This document shows positions 53,801 through 64,000 of a stretch of 64,000 bases of DNA, one piece after another. A model generated the notes under the pieces. It was given only the letters and a program-made list of their open reading frames with translations. It did not search any database and was not told the DNA's origin. The stretch covers positions 310,001 to 374,000 of the forward strand of contig NGBS01000584.1 in NCBI GenBank assembly GCA_002245135.1. The letters run 5' to 3'. The position numbers and the translations under genes are program-made. This DNA is from Proteromonas lacertae (Eukaryota). Position 1 is the stretch's first letter. Each line of letters begins with the position of its first letter.

Positions 53801-56014
53801 AGTTGCTAGCACTGTTAAAGCATTCATGGCTAATGGATTAAAGACTGAATTAATTGGATTATTAGAAAGATTGGTATTACAAGGATCAGATTTCTCTAAC
53901 CATGAATCATTACAAAACTTATTGATCATTACAGCTATGGACAATTCACCAGAAAAAGTTATGGATTACATTGGTAGATTACAAAACTATGATGGTCCAA
54001 AGATTGCTGAAAGATGTATTGAATACAACTTATACGAAGAAGCTCTCTACATCTACAAGAGAGATAAAGATCATGAAAACTCTGTACGTGTATTATTAGA
54101 CTACATCCACTCAATTGAAAGAGCCTATGAATATGCTGAACGTGTGAATGTTCCAAAGATCTGGTCTATGTTAGCTGCTGCTCAATTGGCTAATGGTGAC
54201 ATTCCAGCTGCTATTGATTCATACATTAAAGCTAAAGATTGCTCCAACTATCAAGAAATCATCACTGCTGCTGAAGCTTCTCAAGATTATGAACCATTAA
54301 TTAAATACATCAAGATGACAAGAGAAACAATCACTAAAGATCCAGCTGTTGATACTTCATTAGTATATGCTTATGCTAAGACTGAGAAATTCACTGATTT
54401 AGAAGAATTCGTTGCTTCACCAAACGTTGCTCAAATCATTCAAGTAGGTGATAGATTATTCGAAGAAGAAATCTATGAAGCTGCCAGAATTGTATTTGCT
54501 GCTGCTGGAAACAATGCTAAATTAGCATCATGTTATCTTAAATTGAAACAATTCAGAGAAGCCTTAGATGCTGCTAAGAAAGCCAACAGTATTAGAACAT
54601 GGAAAGAAGTCAACCAAACCTGTGTATATGCTGCTTTAGCCGAAGAAGATGAAAATGCCAAGAGAACTGACTTTGAATTAGCTAGATCAGCTGCTTTATC
54701 AATCATTGTATCACCAGATCACTTAGATGAATTAGTTGAATTCTATGAAAGATTAGGTTTATATGAAGAAATTGTAAAGATCATGGAACAAGGTATTGGT
54801 TTAGAAAATGCCCACACTGGTATTTTCACCAGCTTAGCTGTATTATACTCAAAATACAACGAAGAGAAATTAATGGAACACTGCAAGATCTTCTTCAGCA
54901 GAATGCAAATCCCAAGAGTTATTAGAGCTTGTGAAGAAGGAAGACATTGGGAAGAAGCTACATATTTATATATTGAAAGTGAAGATTATGATCAAGCTAT
55001 TAGAACAATGGTAGATCACTCACCAATCTGCTGGGTACATGAGAAATTCATTGAAATTATCCAAAAAGTAAAGAACCAAGAATTATACTACACAGCTATT
55101 GATTTCTACATCCGTGAACATCCAATGGTATTAGACAGATTATTGAATGTATTGAAATTGAACTTAGATCATGCTCGTGTTGTACATCAAGTAGAAAAGA
55201 CAGATAACATTCCTTTAATTATGCCATACTTAAAGGATGTACAAAAGGAAAATATCTCTGCTGTAAATGAAGCTATTAACCAAAACTATGTTGATGAAGA
55301 GAACTTCACTGATTTAAGAGAATCTGTTGATACATTTGACAACTTCGATCAAGTTGGTTTAGCTGGAAAATTAGAAAACCACGAATTATTAGAATTCAGA
55401 AAGATTGCTGCTTACTTATTAAAGAGAAATAAGCAATTCGAAAGATCAATTGAAATTTCCAAGAAAGATCATATGTACAAAGAAGCTATTGACACAGCTA
55501 ACTGCTCTGAAGATCCAAAATTAGTAGACAGTTTATTATCATTCTTCTGTGATGAGAAAGATAACGAATGTTTCTGTGCTACATTATACACATGTTACGA
55601 TTTAGTAAAACCAGATGTTGCTTTAGAATTAGCATTCAGAAATGGTATTACTGATTTCGTCATGCCATACATGATTCAATACATTAGAGAAATGGATGAT
55701 AAAGTAAGAGAATTAGACATCAGAACAAAACCAGAAGAAGAAGAGGAAGAAGAAGAACAAGCTGCACAACCAACCTTCTTACCAGGAATGGGTGTTCCAT
55801 TAGCATTAGCTAACAACGCCTACAATGAAACTCCAGGTATGATGCCAGGAATGGGAATGCAAGGTATGCCTGGAATGGAATGCCCGGAATGAATCCAGGA
55901 ATGGGTATGCCAGGTATGAATCCAGGAATGGGTATGGGAGGAGGTATGCCAGGAATGGGAATGGGTGGTGGAATGCCAGGAATGAACCCAGGTATGGGAG
56001 GTGGTGCTTGGTAA
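50812..56014 (+). CDS. CHC: Clathrin heavy chain
   Basis: MAQHVPI..., LESDKYI, AIMNP propeller, CHCR repeats and MPYMIQ. One 5' intron; a -1 shift near 55877 in the PGM-repeat tail, which then runs to GGGAW*. Confidence 0.98.
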
Positions 56015-56199
56015 ATGAAAAATATAATTTGAATTATAAATAGTTCCTGTAATTATAAATAAATATTTTGTTCTTCTTTAATTAATATTATCCAAAAATT
56101 TGTTTTTTATTGGGTTATTTAAAATAATAACAACAAATAAACAAGTATAGAGAAGTTTAAAAGTATTTAATAATATGGATTGGAGTGAATTTATACGAA

Positions 56200-58266
56200 T
56201 TATATGGGATAGGTTATATTCCATTTCTTAATACAATTATCACATCCACAACTGTAAAGAACACTACTATCTTCATCACTGTTATCAGTAGTGTAATCAA
56301 ATCTTACACAAGTAACTCCACCAACATGAGCCATTTTCATACCAAAATAATCACGATGAGACTGTGGATTCCATATATAAATCTCACCACTTACAGCACT
56401 TGATACTATTCTATCACTTTTTCTATTCCATTCTAAAGAAGTGATCTTACTGGTATGAGCTAACCATCTTCCCATTATTGTATAATTCATGTCATTTATA
56501 TTCATTACTCTTATCTCTCTTATATCATCACCAATTGCCACATTATTACCACTTGTATCAAATGATAATACAGTAATTCTGCCTGTGTGTTTGAATTTAT
56601 CATGATCAATTTCTATTTCATTTACTTTTGATGGATCACTTATATCATACAAATAATAAGTATATGATTTTTCATTCTTTATATCATTTCCTCCAACCAT
56701 CACTTTATTTCCATCTTTTGATATTGCTACACAAGTTGCTTGATATTTAAATGGCATTGTTACATATACTTCACATTCTTCATTCAATACAACAAACTGC
56801 TTTTCAGTACAATACACACATCTATTACTACAACAACTTAATGACAATGGTTGTTCTTTATTAGTATCATACTTCTTTGCAATTTCATTGGTTGTTTTGT
56901 TAATATAATATACAACATTATCCCATCCAATAGAAACTAAATAATCCTTCATTATTCCAATATTTGTACAATTACCATTATGTTTACATATTCTACTACA
57001 AACACTCTCCTTCAATGAAGTTTTACATATTACACCATCATAACTTGCACTATATAAAGTACCATTATCAATAACAATATTATTAATCTCAACTTGGTGT
57101 GATTGAATTACCTTATACTCTTCAGTCATTGGTTTCCATATATAAATATCACTGATTAATGATATCATATAAATTGTTTCATCTTTCCACACCACACCTG
57201 TTAACATTGTATCAATCGATTTATTATCTAATTGTAAAGTATATAAACATTTTGATTCTTCTACATCCCAGATCTTAGCAGATCTATCTGCTGAAACAGT
57301 AACTATCTTATTATCTTTTGACCAATCAACTCCATATATTCCTCCATCATGATCTATTCATTATTATATATAGAATAAAAATTATACTCTTTCCTTCATC
57401 TATTATTTTCTTGATAAATGTACCTTCTGCAGCATCATATAAATTAATTGTTGAATCAGATGAAACACTTATATAATACTTACCATCAGGTGAAAATCTG
57501 ATTGCATTGACAAAATTGGTATGATCGGAATTTGATAAAGTAAACTTGAATGGAGGACCACTGTAATAGTATATTTCTAATAATTGTTTATAAATAACAA
57601 TATACTAAAGTCTTGTGAAGTAGTTATGACTCTAAATGGTCTTATGGGTCTAAAATCACAACTTGATGCTTCTTGAACACAACCAATTAATTCACCAATA
57701 TTACTACCTGTATCCCAACCAAATACTTTTGCAGGTCTATTTCTCCATTATACTAAATAAATATACCTCGTTTTATCCTTTCCAACTGCTACAATTCTCT
57801 TAGATTCAGAATCCCAACGAATATCTTTCACTTCTAGTCCAAAACAATGCACTTCAACTTTCAATGGATGCTCAGGATTGTCATATGACCAAACTCTAAC
57901 ATTTCCATGAGAATCTGTAAAGAATATTATACTTGATTATAAATACCACCTGAAGCAATGAAATAACCCGAAGGTGAAAATCTTGCACATCTATAAAACA
58001 CATGAGTAATTCAAATAATACGTTACTGGTACTTTATGTTCATAATAAATCTCACCTTCAGCAATCTTCTACTCAATAAGAGTCAAATAATATATACAGT
58101 TAAAGAACGCAAAACTACAGACTTTCCATTGGCATAGATAAGAAAATCTCCTTTGGGTGACACATCAAGTAGAGATGGCTGACCTCTGGCAGTGTTAGGA
58201 CTGGGAACGTATGTTTTTTCTACTATGTAATAATAAAATTATACCTAGTTGAAGAGAGCCTGGCAT
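56200..58266 (-). CDS. WDR1: WD-repeat actin-interacting protein 1 (AIP1/WDR1)
   Basis: PSPNTARGQP, ARFSPSGYFIASG, RPIRPFRV, GPPFKF, HTNFVNAIRFSPDG, HDGGIY and W.AH motifs. Seven introns, including one of 22 nt (58223-58244). Confidence 0.92.
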
Positions 58267-58483
58267 TTTCGATAGATATTAAATACGAACAAAATCAATT
58301 TCTTTTCAGTTACAGATTAATATAGACACTTATATTTCATTTATGGTTTATTTTAATCGTTGTTGTTTTGTTGTAGAAGAATCAGAGTATATAAACTCCA
58401 TTTTAACGAAATCAAGATTAAACAGATATTTTTATAACAATACACAAAAATATATCATATCAAAGGTAAAAATATAATAATAA

Positions 58484-61400
58484 TTATTTATATTTCTCAG
58501 TTATTGTTAATGAGAGATTTGTTTTAACACATCCATACTTATTTCTACATATGATTGTATAATTGGTTTTAACAAGTGAACTGATAAGTTTACCATATAT
58601 TGCTCCCTTTATTGGATGAATTTGAACTCCATCTGGAAATTCAGGTTCTACTGTATACTTACATCCAATATTCTTCTCTTTTGGCTTGATTGAGAATCTT
58701 TCATTCACATTTATTTCATATTCATTCTTTTCATAAACTATTGATTTTGGTTTTTCACCAATTTCTAATAATAAATATGTTGTATATTCATATTCATTCC
58801 TTTGAATTATGGTATATTTTGTCAATTTCATTGTCTCTTTTGTTTTACCAACTATCTCACAGTTCTTCGTCATTTTTAAACCATCAGGTAAGGCTATTAA
58901 TAATAATAATATCTTTCATAAATTATACTAGGAATTATTACAACATCACATTTCTTTCCACAAATTTGGGGTTTGATTATTATATCATTCTCTTTCGATT
59001 GCATAATATTCTATATCATCATAATAAACAAAATAATCAGCATTTCCAAAATATAACAATAATTCAGTTTCACAACTACCATAATCATTTGACACACTCA
59101 CTTTGTGTTTTTCATAATATGGTTTGGATGTTGCTTTACCAGATATCATTCCACAATCAGATCGAATTCTTATTCCTTCGGGTAATGGTGGATTAATTGA
59201 AAATGTTAAATTGTTTCCTCCATATTTCAAAGATGTAATAGATATTGGTGAGTTTAAACCAAAGGAATAATATGGTTGAGAATATGAAATTGGATTTGGT
59301 GGATATCCTGTTATTATTTCTATCTCTGTTGATATTCTTCCAAAATAATTATCAAATACAACTGTGTAATGATTATCTCCATTTTCATTTTGGACAATTC
59401 CACTTATTTCTCCTGTTTGTTGATTTAATCTTATTCCAATTGGTAAATCTATTTCAGAATATATCATCTAAAATATACTTGGTTGAATTGAAAACAATCC
59501 ATTAAACTTTAATATTTCATTTTGATCATTTAATAAACTATAATGAAATTCTTTACCACAACCACATTTAAATTTTCCATTGTTTTGATAATTTAAGACT
59601 ATATTTGGTTTTATTCCAACACTTATTTCAACTATTGTAGATATACTGTTTCTTACTCCATTCCAATAAATCACATTATCACATTTATCACATACAACTG
59701 TTGGACTTCCATTGATTATTCCTTCTTCATTTATTGATAATCCAGCAGGTAATTCTAGAATATTATATATATTAATATACTTGTCTTTTCCACATCACAT
59801 TTTCCATCACAAGGTATAGGCCAATGGTTTTATTTCTTTTATGGCTTCATTCTGTGATTAAATAATTACATCTTTCATCATATTTAAATTCTTTCACCAT
59901 ATATTCATCTATACAAATAAATAGATAATAATAATAATGATAATAATACGAACATCTAATTTCAATTTTACATCAATTGAACCAAATGAGTTACTACATC
60001 TAACTATGATTTCATAAGTTTTGATTGAATCATAGGTTCTACCATAGATTGAACCATTTAATCCATTAATCATTAAATCACTTGGTAATGATCCATTTAT
60101 TATGTAAAATTTACATTCACAATCATCATACGTTGGATTTATTAGGAAATATCGACTTCGAAATATTAATAAATTCATTCTTTTCACCATATTTGAATAG
60201 TTGTGGAGCTTTACCAATATGAAAATATAATGAAACAGAGGTGTAATGACTATTTCGTTCTTTGTAAGCTATTAATACATTTCGACCTACTTTTGTACCA
60301 TATTCGATTTCTTCACCTTTCTTGTTTTTCATCTTGTTTACTTTCTCACATTTACATATTTCTGTTGGAGTTCCACTAATAATACCTGTCTTATTATCTA
60401 GAGTTAAACCAGATGGTAAATTGTTAGTATAAACTATGAACGAATAATCTCCTTCATTATTCATTTTGGGAATTATTGGATCTATTCTTTCTCCTAATAT
60501 TAACTCATATAGATTTTTCTCATATTGAATAACTGATGATTGTTTATCACTCACTTCAATTGTTACTTCTTCATCAATACATCCTAACACATTTTCACAT
60601 CTCACCTTTAGTTTATATTCTCCAGTACAATAGGTTATTCCACTTAATAATCCATTCCATCTATTTAGAATAAATCCATCAGGTAATTCACCTTCAACTA
60701 CTCTAAATTCACAACATCGACCTTCAAATATTGATGTAAATTCTACATTATCTCCAACAAAACAGCGCAACAAACTATTCTTATATTTGAATGATTTAGG
60801 TTTTTCACCTACAAATAAGGTCAATTTCATACTCTTTACTCCTATATTTGATTGAACTTTTATATCATAATCATCTTCCCATATATAATCACTGGCTATA
60901 CCACATATTGATCCACTGTATTTATCTAATTCTAAACCATTGGGTAATTTTCTATTGCAGCTAACAACATATTTAAATTTATCATTATCATTATCATCAA
61001 CTGTTATTGTTGGTTTTATATTTATTAATTCTCCTATCTTAAATCCATATTTATCTTTCCCATAACTAAATTTAAATGGAGGTTTGATTTCTATATCAAA
61101 TTCATAAATAATTTTGTTAGTTTCTTTGTTTTTAACTGTATAGTGTGTTTTAGGTAATGGTTTGGAAGAAATACCATTTATCACACTGTTGTGATAATTC
61201 AATTCAAATATATCTTTAGGGTAAACTTGGTTCTATTATTAGATTCTTTTTATCTGCAATACTATTAACATTAGGTATTGGAATAGATATTGGTTGATTG
61301 ATCTCATAAAATATATTCTCAGATTTCTTATTCTCTTCAGGAATTATCCATTCTTTTATATTCTTTTCTCCATTTGTTTTGCAATTTATCAATATTTCTT

Positions 61401-63572
61401 TAGCTGTACTTTCATATCCATTTGTCATCTTGATTATTAACGAATATTCATTAAAGTATTCTGATAATTTTCCTGATAAACTTCCCGTTTTTTCATTAAT
61501 CTTCAAACCGGGTGGAGTTTCACTAATAATTGAGAATTTTGGATTTTCACAAGAGAATGATGGTCTAATTTCTTTAATCTCTTCTCCCACTTTAAAAGAA
61601 TAATGCTTATGTTTATATTTTAAATACAGGAATGAATGAATATTACATTTCTTTTCTATTAACGTTAAATTCTTTTCTTTCACAATTGTCAAACTAAAGT
61701 TGGATTTATTAACTTCTTTATCGTTTATAAAAGCAGTAACTGTAAATTGTCCAACGAAGTGTTTTTCAATTTTGTGTATACCATGAATTCTACCTGTAGT
61801 TTTGTTCAATTTTAGTCCATCTGGTAAATCTATTTAGAATATATATATATAATATTATACTTGGACTGATTGAGATAGAAGTGTACAAACCACATTCACT
61901 TGGATATATATTGATATATTTTGAGGATATTACATATTGTGGAAGATAATGTAATGGAATTGTCAAGTCTTTCATTCTTTCTGGAGTTGCATATTTTGAG
62001 AAGAAGATAAAGAATAGTTTAACAGGATTGGATATTTGAGTATCTATATCTTTTATCTCTTCAGAAAAGGTTATTCTCTTTTTATCAACACTTGGTTTAT
62101 CATTAGTCTCTTCTACTTCTCCATAAAGCTTTCTTTTTGTTGCAGCTATTCTGAAATTATGTTCTGATAGTTGAGATACTTTGAAATTATAATTATAACA
62201 ACTATTTTTCATATCATATTTATTCTTGACTACCAATGAATTATTACCAATTATTTTACCACAACCATATAAAAAAGTCAAATTATGATATTTGGATGGG
62301 AATCTAAACTGTGGTGTGACACAAAATCTATAATCACTCATAAATGTAGTATCATTAATATATTTAAAACTATCGTCGTTAATATACTTATCAATGTAAT
62401 TCCATAATAATGGTAAATATTCAATGTTGTTGATTAATCTACACATAAATTCTCTTAGTGCAAATCCTTTCTCTTTAACTGACTTAACATAATCTAAATA
62501 TTTTATCATTCTTTCTTTATCATTACACCATTGACAATATACTATTTCAATCCAAATTTTATCAAAATCAACATTTGTTAATATATCAACATCTTCACTA
62601 TCAACATTATATATACAATATTTTGGTTTTTCATTATCATTTTGACCTTCATTTGAAGATGGTAAAAAGATTACTTCTCCTTCTGCTTCTTGTAAAGGAA
62701 TAGGCAGATTATCAATTTTTTCAAAATATTCCGATAATTCTGATATATTACATCTACTTTTTAAATCAATAACAAGCATTTTGGAGAGTATATTGTTATA
62801 TACTTCAAATTCACCTGTTAATGGTTTAAATTTTAAGTTGTTTATTTTTCTCCTAATTCTATTGATAGAATTTGAATAGAATGGAGATTTGCCACTACAA
62901 CAGTAGTATATTATACAGCCTAATGACCAAATATCACTTTTTATTGTTATTGGTTTGTTTTGAATCATTTCAGGTGAGTAATAACTATAAGAAGTAATAT
63001 CATCATCACTTATTAATGATTCAGACATAAACTTGTATTTATAATAATCTGTTACTATACATTTTCCATCATCTGTAATAAGTATATTTGATGGCTTTAA
63101 ATCACCATGAACTAAATCATGACTAACAAAACATCTTAACACATCAAAAATACTCAGAATAAGCTTGTTTCTTGTCTTAATTCCTGTGAAATGATTCATT
63201 GGATTAACATTTGATAGAGTCTTTTCACAATACGGTGTAATTGTCAAAAAGTATTCACAAGCAGGGTTATATTTTATATATGATTTGCATATATATTCAG
63301 TATTTAGTGATTTAATCTGTTGAATGAAGTCATTAATTATGTCTTCTCTTTGACTAGTTTTTAAGCACTGTATAATAATCTTTTTATTATCATTTTCTTT
63401 TATTGCTGAAACAGTAATTCCACTGTATGGTTCTTTAAGTGGCTTTATATCCTACATTTTACAGTTATAAAAATATACTTCTAATATCAGATCTGGATCA
63501 AGTTTTGTCTATGATAATAAATTAATAGTATTATACATAAAAATAGTTCTTATCATAATCCCAATCAAACAT
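58484..63572 (-). CDS. Divergent protein kinase domain fused to ~12 putative Ig (He_PIG) repeats; five +1 frameshifts (gene or pseudogene)
   Basis: HGDLKPSN, YYSPE and SDIWSLG motifs, then repeated LPxGLx[LI]NxxTGxIxG units across ORFs 61216-61809, 60126-61202, 59909-60217, 59468-59674, 58985-59467 and 58484-58873. Confidence 0.75.
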
Positions 63573-63795
63573 TTTTTAATACTGTCTGATGTTCAGTTAT
63601 CAGTTTCTTTGATTAAACCTAAGAATAATGAATAAAAGCTTTTATGTAAATGAAGATGAATAAATTCGTCATAATATTTCTGTAATATCATCATTACATG
63701 TTTTATTATGAAAATTGAATACTACATGAGAATAAATAAGAAAAAATAAAATAGAGCTTGAGAATTATCAAGCTTATTCCATTTTGATAATTTTA

Positions 63796-64000
63796 ATGGA
63801 TAAAGAGAAATGTAAGGTTGTAGAAGACTTTATAAATGATTTAAAGTCTAAGTTTCCATCACTGGAAGGAAAAGAAAATAAACAGAAAAGAATTAGATTA
63901 CATTTAAGAGTGAAGAAGTATGAAAACATACTTGATGAAATGCGAAACAATCCAGAAGCACCGTTACCTCCAAATTTATTTCCTCCAGATACACCAGAAA
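63796..64000 (+). CDS. 5' end of an unidentified gene truncated by the window edge
   Basis: Open frame MDKEKCKVVEDFINDLKSKF...PPDTPE to the window end, preceded by the recurrent promoter motif. Confidence 0.65.
   Translation, partial: MDKEKCKVVEDFINDLKSKFPSLEGKENKQKRIRLHLRVKKYENILDEMRNNPEAPLPPNLFPPDTPE

Noticed and set aside
58985..58987. Possible TGA readthrough or alternative genetic code in the kinase-Ig gene
   Set aside because: The downstream Ig sequence continues in the +1 frame rather than in frame. Long conserved ORFs have no internal stops and use TGG for Trp.
1..64000. Prokaryotic systems (CRISPR, defence islands, operons), rRNA or tRNA genes
   Set aside because: The sequence is intron-containing eukaryotic DNA. 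No repeat-spacer array, rRNA or tRNA cloverleaf was recognised by eye.
1..64000. Stop codons created only by polyadenylation, as described in Blastocystis
   Set aside because: Every complete gene model I could trace ends in a genome-encoded TAA, TAG or TGA.

Overview
AT-rich, gene-dense eukaryotic nuclear DNA with about 26 genes. They are split by very short (about 22-42 nt) GTAT...TAG introns, and several carry TGTTTGTT-like 3' motifs. Together with a mitochondrion-targeted class I fumarase and a mastigoneme-type EGF protein, this points to a Blastocystis-like stramenopile (inference). Housekeeping genes are RAD50 (3' part), ESS2/DGCR14, a mitochondrial carrier, SLC34, fumarase, AGC kinases, HYOU1, a Rab, TruB, ATR, two SET methyltransferases, an esterase, PP2C, clathrin heavy chain and WDR1. 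They are mixed with lineage-specific multidomain proteins. Highlights: (1) ten +1 frameshifts, all repairable by removing one coding-strand C (recoding/editing versus a more likely assembly artefact); (2) a 49-nt AT-AA minor-spliceosome-type intron in ATR; (3) a mastigoneme-family protein carrying a ~1,650-aa insert of unrecognised ~210-aa repeats; (4) a probable pseudokinase fused to ~12 putative-Ig repeats; (5) a spliced 59-aa micro-gene whose ATG is split by an intron; (6) a stand-alone CENP-B/Tc5 HTH gene; (7) an N-acylated Rab with no C-terminal cysteines; (8) an acidic protein with multiple TQT (LC8-type) motifs; (9) a recurrent AAGCTT/TTGATCAA promoter motif. All exon models were spliced by eye and no database searches were run.
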